Below are positions 26,895 to 35,940 of a stretch of DNA of 53,962 bases, piece by piece. The notes under the pieces were generated by a model. It was not told the DNA's origin and ran no database searches. It saw only the letters and a program-made list of their open reading frames with translations. A program made the position numbers and the translations under genes. The DNA comes from a virus, in the UHGV virus genome UHGV-0212970; one strand, written 5' to 3'. The stretch's first letter is position 1. Each line of letters starts with the position of its first letter.

Positions 26895-27437
26895 ATGGCT
26901 AAGGCTAAAGGCATTAAGTTGCCTCAATTCAAGATCCCGCTCTTTGAGCATACAACCGTTTTCTTTTGCCCGACCCGCGAGATGTTTTATGAATTTTGCG
27001 AAAAGGCAGGAATTCCAATCGAACCTGATTTCGAACTGGCAGGCGGCCTGACATTAACCTGCACAGGTGAGAAAGGCGGTAACTTCTACGTGATTGCAGT
27101 GTTCGACAATGAGCTTGGAACGCTGGTCCATGAAGCGGCGCACACGACATTTCACGTTTTAAGTGATGTAGGTGTCGTGGCAACCACTGGTCCAACTCAT
27201 CCGGCGAACGAGACTTACGCTTACATGGTAGGCCGCATCTTTGATGCATTTTTCCCTATCCTGGCCGAATCAAACGAAGCACAGGTTGCAGCAATGCAGG
27301 CTGCTGAAGTAGTAGAGCGGGCATTAGAACAGGCAGAACAGCCGAAGGAAGAAGAAAAACCCGCTAAGAAAGGCAAACGTAAGCCGAAATCAAAAGAAGC
27401 GTATGTACCGCGCGTAATGAGCTTTAAACGAGGTTGA
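26895..27437 (+). CDS. Hypothetical protein with HExxH zinc-metallopeptidase-like motif and lysine-rich C-terminal tail
   Basis: 180 aa; TLVHEAAHTTFH; C-terminus KPAKKGKRKPKSK. Confidence 0.5.
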   Translation: MAKAKGIKLPQFKIPLFEHTTVFFCPTREMFYEFCEKAGIPIEPDFELAGGLTLTCTGEKGGNFYVIAVFDNELGTLVHEAAHTTFHVLSDVGVVATTGPTHPANETYAYMVGRIFDAFFPILAESNEAQVAAMQAAEVVERALEQAEQPKEEEKPAKKGKRKPKSKEAYVPRVMSFKRG

Positions 27438-27439
27438 TT

Positions 27440-27529
27440 ATGATTGCGTCAATATTAACGTTTATGGGTGGCGTGGCATTCGGATTCATTATTTGCCTGT
27501 TTATGGTGATTATGTCTATGCGAGGCTGA
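27440..27529 (+). CDS. Tiny TM peptide 1 of 9 (29 aa)
   Basis: MIASILTFMGGVAFGFIICLFMVIMSMRG; SD GAGG 7 nt upstream. Confidence 0.4.
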   Translation: MIASILTFMGGVAFGFIICLFMVIMSMRG

Positions 27530-27531
27530 TT

Positions 27532-27627
27532 ATGGACGCTTACATCATCTCCGGATTAATCGGTGTTTCTGTATTTATGGTGGGATTTGTTATTGCCGTG
27601 CTGATAACCGTAAAGAGTAAATTATGA
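27532..27627 (+). CDS. Tiny TM peptide 2 of 9 (31 aa)
   Basis: MDAYIISGLIGVSVFMVGFVIAVLITVKSKL; SD GAGG. Confidence 0.4.
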   Translation: MDAYIISGLIGVSVFMVGFVIAVLITVKSKL

Positions 27628-27698
27628 ACTCCTACGATTTCATCTGGTTATTGGTGCTCATTGTAGGTATTGGCGTGAACATTTGCAGGCTATGGTGA
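27624..27698 (+). CDS. Tiny TM peptide 3 of 9 (24 aa)
   Basis: MNSYDFIWLLVLIVGIGVNICRLW; ATGA overlap. Confidence 0.4.
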   Translation: MNSYDFIWLLVLIVGIGVNICRLW

Positions 27699-27702
27699 AA
27701 AT

Positions 27703-27777
27703 ATGATTGACCCGCTAATTATCCTTTCTGCCTGCGTCGCTGTATGGCTGGCGATCATGATATTCATTGAAAGCTGA
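27703..27777 (+). CDS. Tiny TM peptide 4 of 9 (24 aa)
   Basis: MIDPLIILSACVAVWLAIMIFIES; SD GGTGA. Confidence 0.4.
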   Translation: MIDPLIILSACVAVWLAIMIFIES

Positions 27778-27788
27778 AGGTATTCACC

Positions 27789-27863
27789 ATGAATATTTAC
27801 GATCTCATCTGGTGGTCGTTGGTCGCCGTCATTATCTATTTCTGGTGGAAGAATGTTGTATAG
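27789..27863 (+). CDS. Tiny TM peptide 5 of 9 (24 aa)
   Basis: MNIYDLIWWSLVAVIIYFWWKNVV; SD GAAGG. Confidence 0.4.
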   Translation: MNIYDLIWWSLVAVIIYFWWKNVV

Positions 27864-27871
27864 GTGAAAGC

Positions 27872-27952
27872 ATGAACGCATACGATATGCTATTGCTGGT
27901 GGCTGTTATTACAGTCATTGCCGTTGATGTGTATCGGGAGTTTAAAAAATGA
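27872..27952 (+). CDS. Tiny TM peptide 6 of 9 (26 aa)
   Basis: MNAYDMLLLVAVITVIAVDVYREFKK; SD AGGTGA; same frame and end as ORF-track 27767..27952. Confidence 0.4.
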   Translation: MNAYDMLLLVAVITVIAVDVYREFKK

Positions 27953-28017
27953 AATGGCTTGATTTCTTTTTCCTGATTGTTGCGATTGTTCTTACCATGA
28001 CAGCACTGACTCAATAG
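27949..28017 (+). CDS. Tiny TM peptide 7 of 9 (22 aa)
   Basis: MKWLDFFFLIVAIVLTMTALTQ; ATGA overlap. Confidence 0.4.
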   Translation: MKWLDFFFLIVAIVLTMTALTQ

Positions 28018-28025
28018 GTGAGCTA

Positions 28026-28181
28026 ATGGATGTTATCGAAGCCGTATTATTCGTATGTATCGCCGCGTTAATTATCGTAGGGGTATTATCAATGTCTGAC
28101 AGTGATTTCTTAATCATGGCTATAAGTTCGCTGTTGGTTTTGGTTATCGTCCTTATTACCTGGGCGCTTTCTATTATGTGA
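28026..28181 (+). CDS. Small membrane protein 8 of 9 (51 aa, two TM segments)
   Basis: MDVIEAVLFVCIAALIIVGVLSMSDSDFLIMAISSLLVLVIVLITWALSIM; SD AGGTGAG. Confidence 0.4.
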   Translation: MDVIEAVLFVCIAALIIVGVLSMSDSDFLIMAISSLLVLVIVLITWALSIM

Positions 28182-28191
28182 AGGGTAAACA

Positions 28192-28275
28192 ATGAAAGAG
28201 CTATTCGACTGGTTGGAAGTATTAACATACTGCGCAAGTTTTGTTGCTTGCGTATATATCATCAATAAATATTGA
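28192..28275 (+). CDS. Tiny TM peptide 9 of 9 (27 aa)
   Basis: MKELFDWLEVLTYCASFVACVYIINKY; SD AAGGG. Confidence 0.4.
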   Translation: MKELFDWLEVLTYCASFVACVYIINKY

Positions 28276-28285
28276 GAGGTGAAAT

Positions 28286-28771
28286 ATGGCCCGCACTAAA
28301 AAGGCAAATGCTGACGATAAAAAGCCAGCCGCTAAAAAGGTGGGCCGTCCGCATAGCTATACCGAAGAAAAGGCATTAGAAATATGTGAGCTGGTGGCGG
28401 ACGGTCAGAGCGTTAATAAAATATCGAAGATGCCTGGTATGCCTACCCGTTCAACAATCCTGAAGTGGTTTAGGGATGTGCCGGAATTTTCGGACATGTA
28501 TATGCGCGCGAAAGAAATCGGCTTCGAGGTATTAGCTGATGAGATCCTCGATATAGCTGATGATGCTAAGAACGTTGATAAAGACCAACTACGCCGCCAC
28601 CAACTAATGATTGAAACGCGTAAATGGTTACTGGCAAAACTGCAACCGCGTAAATATGGTGAACGCGTCACACAGGAGATCGTCGGCAACAGGGAGGAAG
28701 CGCCCGTACAGGTTGAAGTCACGAAAGAAGAGATCGCCCGCATCGTCCAGGAAGTAGAAGACGAGGTGTGA
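28286..28771 (+). CDS. Terminase small subunit
   Basis: 161 aa; GRPHSYTEEKALEICELVADGQSVNKISKMPGMPTRSTILKWF ... LMIETRKWLLAKLQPRKYGERV matches the TerS pattern. Confidence 0.8.
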   Translation: MARTKKANADDKKPAAKKVGRPHSYTEEKALEICELVADGQSVNKISKMPGMPTRSTILKWFRDVPEFSDMYMRAKEIGFEVLADEILDIADDAKNVDKDQLRRHQLMIETRKWLLAKLQPRKYGERVTQEIVGNREEAPVQVEVTKEEIARIVQEVEDEV

Positions 28772-30252
28772 TTATGTTGTCCATCAAAGAAAGGGTTATT
28801 CAGTCAAAATGTGAAAACGATGGCCTGTTTTTCAACCGCTATTTCTACAAGCAAGCAAACGGTACGAAGATGTTTGTCTCAGGTCATCACATAGCTATCC
28901 GCGATGCACTGCAACGCGTTATCAATGGTGAGATTACCCGACTCATCATTAACATCCCCCCAGGGTACGGTAAAACCATGATTGCGACCATTAACATGAT
29001 GGCACGCTCCCTCGCAATAAACCCACGCACACGCTTTCTTCACGTTTCCTATTCAGACAACCTTGCATTACTCAATTCCTCGACGGTCAGAAACATGATT
29101 TGCTCGCAGGAATACCAGAAGTTATGGCCCATGAAGATCCGCAATGACGCCAACAGCAAATCAATGTGGTGGACAGAACAGGGTGGCGGGATATATGCCG
29201 CATCGTCACATGGTCAGATTACGGGTTTTCGTGCTGGGTACATGGAGCCAGGCTTTAACGGCGCGATGATTATCGACGACCCATTAAAGCCAGCTGACGC
29301 TTACTCTGATGTAATGCGGGATAAGGTAAAGACCAACTATAACGACACGCTGGCTTCACGTCTGGCAGTGCAAACCACGCCCGTGATCGTCATTATGCAA
29401 CGCATCCACTACGATGATTTGTCCGGCTACCTGTTACGCGGTGGCAGTGGTGAGAAATGGTATCACCTTAACCTGCCAGTGAAGATCGACAATAGCATCG
29501 ACTATTGGGATCTGTACCCTGAAAACGAATTCGCTATTCCTATTGCTCATAACCTGCCAGACGGCTGGCTATGGCCTAAAAAGCACAATGATAGCCATGA
29601 GGCCGGACTGAAAGCGCACCGTAGGTCATTCGAGGCACAGTACATGCAGCGCCCGCGTAAATTCGACGAGGAAGGCGCGTTATGGACTGAAGCCATGATA
29701 ACCGCCGCGCACCGGATGCAGATAACGCAGGACAAGATCCGCACTGTGATAGCCATCGACCCTGCAACAACATCATCTGATGAATCTGACGAAACCGGGA
29801 TCGTGGCATGTTCCGCCTATGGTGGCGGCAAGTACGCACAGTATTCTGTAGACGGTGACTACTCAGGCCGCATGTCTCCTAACGATTGGGCGCAAGCATC
29901 AATTAACGCTTACAACATCCATGAAGCTGACGCGATAGTTATCGAAACCAACCAGGGCGGGGAAATGGCAGAGGCCACGCTACGCAATGCCGGATTTAAA
30001 GGCCGCATTGTTAAGGTGCACGCAAGTAAGGGTAAATTCGCCCGCGCCGAGCCAATATCGGCACTGTATGCTCAGGGAAGGGTAGCCCACACTGGCAGCC
30101 TGTACACGCTGGAAAATCAAATGATGGAATACGTGCCAACTACCGCTAAAAAATCACCTGACCGCCTCGACGCAATGGTATGGGGTGTCACTGAATTAAG
30201 CCAGCCACAGGCAATGGGTCTTATGTTACCGAAGCGCATGCGCGGATTTTAA
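28768..30252 (+). CDS. Terminase large subunit
   Basis: 494 aa; ATPase P-loop-like PPGYGKT, nuclease domain acidic residues; follows TerS. Confidence 0.9.
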   Translation: MIMLSIKERVIQSKCENDGLFFNRYFYKQANGTKMFVSGHHIAIRDALQRVINGEITRLIINIPPGYGKTMIATINMMARSLAINPRTRFLHVSYSDNLALLNSSTVRNMICSQEYQKLWPMKIRNDANSKSMWWTEQGGGIYAASSHGQITGFRAGYMEPGFNGAMIIDDPLKPADAYSDVMRDKVKTNYNDTLASRLAVQTTPVIVIMQRIHYDDLSGYLLRGGSGEKWYHLNLPVKIDNSIDYWDLYPENEFAIPIAHNLPDGWLWPKKHNDSHEAGLKAHRRSFEAQYMQRPRKFDEEGALWTEAMITAAHRMQITQDKIRTVIAIDPATTSSDESDETGIVACSAYGGGKYAQYSVDGDYSGRMSPNDWAQASINAYNIHEADAIVIETNQGGEMAEATLRNAGFKGRIVKVHASKGKFARAEPISALYAQGRVAHTGSLYTLENQMMEYVPTTAKKSPDRLDAMVWGVTELSQPQAMGLMLPKRMRGF

Positions 30253-30330
30253 AAACCATCTCACAATACCCCACAAATTTTTCTATTTTTCGCGTAGCAA
30301 CGCGTAAACATGTATTCAGGAGTAAACATT

Positions 30331-31701
30331 ATGCCATCCAATTTAGAATTGGCGGTTAATGCTGCCTTGTCTCAACGCCAGGCGGCCTTTGCCCGCTATG
30401 CAGCCGCTAACCCATTCTCGATGGGTATTGATGCAAAACGTGATGCTGCGTGGAGTGAATACGGATTCAAAGAAGAAATCACCTATGCCGATTTATACAA
30501 ACTGTATCGTCGCGGTGGTATCGCTCACGGTGCTATTGAGAAGATCATTACTACGTGCTGGCGCACCAGGCCAACGCTGATTGAAGGTACGGAAGACGAG
30601 AAAGCGGAAAAGGAAACTTCGTGGGAAAGAGAAATCAAAAAACAATTTGATAATCGTTTCTGGCGCGTCATAGCTGAATGCGATCGCCGCCGCCTCATCG
30701 GTCGTTATGCTGGACTGTTAATTCACGTCAGGGATAACAAGCCGTGGGATCAGCCAGTAACAAAAGGCGTAGGCATTGCCAAATTCACCCCCGTATGGGC
30801 TGGTGCTCTTACACCGAAGGACTTCGAAGAAAACCAGGATAAAGAAAACTATGGCCTGCCTACATGGTGGGAATACAAGGAGCGCATTAACAGTAAGACC
30901 ATAGCAAGAAAGATACATCCGGATCGCATATTTATCTTCGGTGATTATTCTGATGATGCCATCGCTTTCCTTGAGCCGTCCTATAACGCATTCGTTTCGC
31001 TGGAGAAAGTGGAAGGCGGCAGCGGTGAATCATTCCTGAAAAACGCAGCACGTCAACTGGCTATCTCGTTCGATAAAGAAATTGATTTCCGTTCTCTGGC
31101 TGCAACATACGGTTGCGACGTTACAGAGCTACGCGAAAAATTCAATGAAGCGGCAGAGGATATAAATAAAGGTAATGATGTGATGATGGCATTACAGGGG
31201 GCTACCGTTAGCCCGCTGGTTACTGCCGTAGCAGATCCTTCCGCTACCTATGACGTCAACCTGCAAACCGCAGCCGCTGGTATCGATATTCCAACGCGTA
31301 TTCTTGTTGGGAATCAGCAGGGCGAACGCGCATCAACCGAAGACCTCCGCTACTTCAATAACCGCTGCATGACCCGCCGTGAGGAAATAGGAAGCGAGCT
31401 TGAAGAACTATTCCGCAAGATGGCAGATCTCCGCCTTATCGGTATGCCAGTAGACGTATCTGTACTGTGGGACGACCTTAACGCCATGACAAAAGCAGAG
31501 CTACTCGACGCGGCATACAAAATGGCACAAATCAATCAGGCATGTCTCGCTACTGGTGAGGAAATATTCAGCGGTGACGAGATCCGCGAAGCTGCCGGAT
31601 ACGATGGCCCGGCTAGTGAGGTAGAACTGGAAGAGGAAAACGATGATGAAAGTGAAGAAGATAATCAGGCGAATACCTCCAGCCGCGATAATGCCATCTA
31701 A
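30331..31701 (+). CDS. Portal protein
   Basis: ORF track 30310..31701, likely ATG 30331 after SD AGGAG; about 456 aa with acidic C-terminus; positioned between TerL and MuF-like gene. Confidence 0.75.
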   Translation: MPSNLELAVNAALSQRQAAFARYAAANPFSMGIDAKRDAAWSEYGFKEEITYADLYKLYRRGGIAHGAIEKIITTCWRTRPTLIEGTEDEKAEKETSWEREIKKQFDNRFWRVIAECDRRRLIGRYAGLLIHVRDNKPWDQPVTKGVGIAKFTPVWAGALTPKDFEENQDKENYGLPTWWEYKERINSKTIARKIHPDRIFIFGDYSDDAIAFLEPSYNAFVSLEKVEGGSGESFLKNAARQLAISFDKEIDFRSLAATYGCDVTELREKFNEAAEDINKGNDVMMALQGATVSPLVTAVADPSATYDVNLQTAAAGIDIPTRILVGNQQGERASTEDLRYFNNRCMTRREEIGSELEELFRKMADLRLIGMPVDVSVLWDDLNAMTKAELLDAAYKMAQINQACLATGEEIFSGDEIREAAGYDGPASEVELEEENDDESEEDNQANTSSRDNAI

Positions 31702-32587
31702 CACCGAAGACCCGACCATGACAGGTAAGTTGCGGTCGGGCGCTATTAAGCGTTTTAAATCCTGCCTGAAGAAAATAGCCGATCCATATATCGCCATACT
31801 GGACAGAATACAATATAGCCTGGCTGTTAATAAGAAATACACCTTCCAGATTTACATGGATGAATTGCACGACATGCTGGAGGACGCCAGCAACATGATT
31901 GATGAGATATTCGAACTAACCGACCCGGAAAGTTTTTGGTTCTGGCAGGAATACGTGAAGGTGGCCTATCAGCGCGGCACGGCACAGGAATACGCCAACA
32001 TCGCTAACCAGTCTGTCACGTACTCAAGCGCATACCCTGATGTATCTGCCGTGTTATCAAGCACAACTTACCGCACCCGCCTTGCCCTGGTGCGTACCCG
32101 TGTATTTGAGGAAATGCGCGGGCTGACCGCACAGATCAAAAAGGATATGGCCCGGCGATTAACTGAAGGCATGGCCCGTGGTTTAAATCCACTGGAAATA
32201 GCGCGCACATTGAATCAGGAAACGCAATTGCCACTGTACAGGTGCAAACGTATTGCCCGAACTGAAATATGCACAGCGTTACGCACAGCACGTATGGATG
32301 AGGCCGAAGCGGCGACAGAAGAATTTAATCTGCGCACTATGCAAATGCACATTTCGGCATTATCACCGACTACCAGGCTATCGCACGCGCAGCGGCACGG
32401 GAAAACATACACCATAGATGAGCAGCGCGAATGGTGGAGCAGATCCCCAAATTCTATTAACTGCAAATGTAGCACGATTACCGTATTAGTTGACGAAGAC
32501 GGTAACATATTAAACGAAAGAATATTAGATCGGGCGCAAGAAAACTATAAGGTTGCGCACGCTAAATATGGCGAAGATTGGGAGTAA
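31691..32587 (+). CDS. Head morphogenesis protein (Mu F / SPP1 gp7 family)
   Basis: ORF track 31643..32587; C-terminal region RIARTEICTALRTARMDEAEA ... HAQRHGKTY resembles the MuF-like domain. Confidence 0.7.
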   Translation: MPSNTEDPTMTGKLRSGAIKRFKSCLKKIADPYIAILDRIQYSLAVNKKYTFQIYMDELHDMLEDASNMIDEIFELTDPESFWFWQEYVKVAYQRGTAQEYANIANQSVTYSSAYPDVSAVLSSTTYRTRLALVRTRVFEEMRGLTAQIKKDMARRLTEGMARGLNPLEIARTLNQETQLPLYRCKRIARTEICTALRTARMDEAEAATEEFNLRTMQMHISALSPTTRLSHAQRHGKTYTIDEQREWWSRSPNSINCKCSTITVLVDEDGNILNERILDRAQENYKVAHAKYGEDWE

Positions 32588-32591
32588 AACC

Positions 32592-33083
32592 GTGAGTAAA
32601 ATGATTAACTGGCATGATTATTTCACGTATGAATCAGGTCATATTTATTGGAAAATATCACCAACTAACGGCGTACATATTGGCGATCATGCAGGCAATG
32701 ACAGCGGGTTAGGATATTTGCGTGTCCGTGTCAACTATAGGTTATATCTTGTTAGTAGAATCATATGGGAAATGCACAACGGACCGATACCTGAAGGTTA
32801 CGAGATAGATCATATTGACCATAACACGCTAAATAACGATATAACGAATCTAAGGATGGTAAGTCATTACGAAAATACACTAAATGCGCCAATGAGAAAA
32901 GATAATAAAAGCGGTTACATCGGTGTTATTTGGCATAAGGCGTCACGTAAATGGATGGCGTATGTACAAGTGAATAAGAAGCGCAAACATTTAGGTTTAT
33001 TTGACAGCATAGATGAGGCTGTAGCCGCACGCCGACAAGCTGAAAAAGAGAACAATTATCATCCAAATCACGGGAGTGTTTAA
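32592..33083 (+). CDS. HNH endonuclease with AP2-like C-terminal domain (intact paralog)
   Basis: ORF track 32553..33083; HNH motif EIDHIDHNTLNNDITNLRMVSHYEN; AP2-like YIGVIWHKASRKWMAYVQVNKKRKHLGLFDSIDEAVAARR. Confidence 0.8.
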   Translation: MSKMINWHDYFTYESGHIYWKISPTNGVHIGDHAGNDSGLGYLRVRVNYRLYLVSRIIWEMHNGPIPEGYEIDHIDHNTLNNDITNLRMVSHYENTLNAPMRKDNKSGYIGVIWHKASRKWMAYVQVNKKRKHLGLFDSIDEAVAARRQAEKENNYHPNHGSV

Positions 33084-33084
33084 G

Positions 33085-34350
33085 ATGTCAGGTTTAATTC
33101 AAGTAAACGCAAAAATTTCATGTAATAAAATACGCAGGGAGATATACAACGGTAGGGAACACATCGTAGTCCCTTCGTATACACTCCCTTTCGGTATCGT
33201 TATGAATCGTGAATATTACCCGGAAGCTGAAATTATCGCTAATTACCAGTCACTGGAGGGTACACTTGCCCCGCTGGGCCATCCTACCGTTGACGGTAAA
33301 TTTGTTTCCGCATTTAGCCCGGAAGGATTAAACACGGGTTTTTGTGGAGCGTGGAACAGAAACGTTGAATTACGCGGCAATCGTGTTTATGTGGAAAAGT
33401 GGGTGGATATTGAAACAGCCAGCCACTCAGAACAAGGCCGGGAATTGTTGAGCAGGCTGGAAGCACTGGAGAAAGGAGAAAGCAAGGATCCCATCTGGTC
33501 GTCCGTCGCTGTATATCGTCAACGTATGCCAGCTACTGAAGAGATGAAAGCCCAGGGCGCTGACAGCGTTGTTAAAATTATGTCGATCGACCATGACGCT
33601 ATTTTACTGCATGAGCCGCCAGCCGCCTCACCTGAACAGGGTGTAGGGTTGATGGTTAATACTGACCAGGCGAAACCGTTAATGGCGGTGGCAATGAAAG
33701 AAAACAGCTACCGCACGCTTGAGAAACAATTAACCGACGCGGCGCGGGAATTATTCCCTGATGCCGATTATGTGTACGTGGTGGACTTCACTGATAAAGA
33801 GGTGACGATCGCCACTAATACTGAAAGTGCTCAAGTTTGCGCATATGAAAAACAGGCTGATAAAATTATTCTCAATAATGGCGAGCTTGCAACCAACGAG
33901 GAAAGTAAATCCTGGTTTGCTCAGTTCGCTAAACACCTTTCTAATCTTTTCTCCCTGAATGAAAAAATTAAGGCCAATAAATCGGAGGACGATCCCATGC
34001 CTTTGACCAAAGAAGAACGCGCCGAACTGGTAAAAGAAATTAACGAAGGCTTAGCCGCCAATATCGCTAATGCAGTAGCAGAGGCATTAAAACCAGTACA
34101 GGCAAGCGTGGAAGAATTACAGACCAACCAGAAAGCAATTAAAGAAGAAATTGCAGCAAATGCAAATAAAGAAGTAGCAGAAAAACGCGCCGCAGTAGCA
34201 AAAGTACACGGCGAAATTGTTGCTAACGCATTAAATGGTGAAGCGTTAGAAGCAATGTTTAAATCCCTGGGTAAAGCAGCGCCGATGGCAACCAACGCAG
34301 CAAGCGAAGGTAAAAAAGGCGAAGTACCAGACTTTAACACTTATTTCTAA
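33085..34350 (+). CDS. Putative head scaffolding / prohead-associated protein
   Basis: ORF track 33076..34350; globular N-terminal domain plus Ala/Glu/Lys-rich coiled-coil C-terminus; between MuF-like and capsid genes. Confidence 0.45.
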   Translation: MSGLIQVNAKISCNKIRREIYNGREHIVVPSYTLPFGIVMNREYYPEAEIIANYQSLEGTLAPLGHPTVDGKFVSAFSPEGLNTGFCGAWNRNVELRGNRVYVEKWVDIETASHSEQGRELLSRLEALEKGESKDPIWSSVAVYRQRMPATEEMKAQGADSVVKIMSIDHDAILLHEPPAASPEQGVGLMVNTDQAKPLMAVAMKENSYRTLEKQLTDAARELFPDADYVYVVDFTDKEVTIATNTESAQVCAYEKQADKIILNNGELATNEESKSWFAQFAKHLSNLFSLNEKIKANKSEDDPMPLTKEERAELVKEINEGLAANIANAVAEALKPVQASVEELQTNQKAIKEEIAANANKEVAEKRAAVAKVHGEIVANALNGEALEAMFKSLGKAAPMATNAASEGKKGEVPDFNTYF

Positions 34351-34366
34351 TTAAAAGGGGATCACA

Positions 34367-34795
34367 ATGTTTCGTTTTCGTCGTGTAAATATTGATGGCA
34401 AGTCAATTACCGAAACCTATGCAGCCAATGAGGCGGTGAAGCCCGGTGAACTGGTTAAACTGGCTGAAGGTAAATTCGCTAAAGCAGCCCTTGCAGATGT
34501 TGGCAAGGCCCAACTTTTCATCGTTAACCCAGCATTCCATGAAGGCAAAACCATTGCTGATGAAATTGCTAAAGGTGCAACCGTTGTTGCTGATTATGTG
34601 GAGCAGGGCCGTGAGTTTGCTCTTCGTGTCCCTGCCGCAGCATACAAAAAGGGGGCAGCTATCGCTTTCACGGCTACTGGCGTCAAGCTGTTTCCCGAGC
34701 CACTTGAATCAGCACCCGCAGATCCGATTGTCGCATACTGCCAGGAAGACGTAACCCTGGAAGCGGAAGACTTTATCCGCGTTCGCGTCGCTTAA
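34367..34795 (+). CDS. Putative head-associated protein (decoration or assembly)
   Basis: 142 aa ORF directly upstream of major capsid gene. Confidence 0.4.
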   Translation: MFRFRRVNIDGKSITETYAANEAVKPGELVKLAEGKFAKAALADVGKAQLFIVNPAFHEGKTIADEIAKGATVVADYVEQGREFALRVPAAAYKKGAAIAFTATGVKLFPEPLESAPADPIVAYCQEDVTLEAEDFIRVRVA

Positions 34796-34812
34796 TTTAA
34801 AAGGGGGAAAAC

Positions 34813-35880
34813 ATGTACTTTACTAAAGAAAACCTTGCTACCAACGCCCGTATGCAGGGCCATTGGAAAGAACTGTGGGCGCAACGCAATATCTTCAACG
34901 AGCAGCACAACGCCATGATTGCAGCAAATCAGGCAAATATGACCGCTGAAATGTTGACCTGTAACGCCGTCGGCGGCTTCGCAAAAGAATTCTGGAAAGA
35001 AATCGATAACCAGATTATCGAACTGAACACCGAAGAAATCGGTATTGAAATCGTCAACGACCTGATGGGTGTGCAAACCGTACTGCCTATCGGTAAAACG
35101 CTGAAAATGTACAGCGTATCCGGCGACATCAACGATGAAGTCGTGATGTCTATGGATGGTCAAGCGCCGCACGGCTTTGATCACACCGAATACGGCAGCG
35201 ATGGCGACCCGATCCCGATGTTCGCGGCTGGTTATGGTGTCAACTGGCGTCTTGCTCAAGGTCTGAATACTGTAGGTATCGATCTCGCCCTGGATAGCCA
35301 ACGCCTGAAACTGAAAAAATTCAATAAAGCCCGCGTACAGTTCTATCTGAACGGTAACGACAATATCGTGGTAGATGGTCATAAAGCAATGGGTATTAAA
35401 AACCACAAAAACACCCAGCAACTTAAACTGAAATCTGTCGCTAAAATCAACCTGACCACCGCGACTTTCGATAAGATTATTGAATTCTTTACCACTGGTG
35501 AGTTCGGGAAACTGGCCCGCGCCAACTTCGTAGCTAAATACGATGTAATGTGGGTATCGCCAGAAATCATGGCTAACCTGGCACGCCCACACATCGTTAA
35601 TGGCGCAATTGTTGGTAGTGTACTGGATGTTATCAAGCCGTTTGTCCCGGTTGATGATATTCGCCAGACCTATGCGCTGACTGGCAACGAATTTATCGCT
35701 TATCAGCGTAGTCGCAGCGTCATCACCCCGCTGATTGGCATGACCACTGGCGTAGTTCCGTTACCGCGCATGATGCCGACCGATAACTACAACTTCCGCA
35801 TTATGTCTGCTGAGGGTCTTCAGATCACCTGTGATATGAAAGGTCGTTCAGGTGTGGTCTACGGCAGCAATACTGATTGA
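34813..35880 (+). CDS. Major capsid protein
   Basis: 355 aa, SD GGGGGA; followed by a strong terminator, as expected for a highly expressed coat gene. Confidence 0.75.
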   Translation: MYFTKENLATNARMQGHWKELWAQRNIFNEQHNAMIAANQANMTAEMLTCNAVGGFAKEFWKEIDNQIIELNTEEIGIEIVNDLMGVQTVLPIGKTLKMYSVSGDINDEVVMSMDGQAPHGFDHTEYGSDGDPIPMFAAGYGVNWRLAQGLNTVGIDLALDSQRLKLKKFNKARVQFYLNGNDNIVVDGHKAMGIKNHKNTQQLKLKSVAKINLTTATFDKIIEFFTTGEFGKLARANFVAKYDVMWVSPEIMANLARPHIVNGAIVGSVLDVIKPFVPVDDIRQTYALTGNEFIAYQRSRSVITPLIGMTTGVVPLPRMMPTDNYNFRIMSAEGLQITCDMKGRSGVVYGSNTD

Positions 35881-35895
35881 TGTGTTTCTGTAACT

Positions 35896-35923
35896 CCCCG
35901 GCGCGATGCCGGGGATTTTTTTT
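35896..35923 (+). terminator. Rho-independent terminator after the major capsid gene
   Basis: Hairpin CCCCGGC-GCGAT-GCCGGGG followed by ATTTTTTTT. Confidence 0.8.
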
Positions 35924-35940
35924 GTATGTGGAGAAAACAA

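Noticed and set aside
27690-28237. Minus-strand ORFs antisense to the tiny-peptide array
   Set aside because: The plus-strand peptides each have SD and start codons in operon orientation; the antisense frames lack them.
31513-31523. ATACAAAATGG copy inside the portal gene
   Set aside because: Lies within coding sequence (encodes YKMA) with no obvious regulatory context; treated as coincidental, though an internal promoter cannot be excluded.
34792-35592. 266-aa minus-strand ORF inside the major capsid gene
   Set aside because: Antisense to a well-supported capsid gene, no SD, low-complexity composition; likely a chance open frame.
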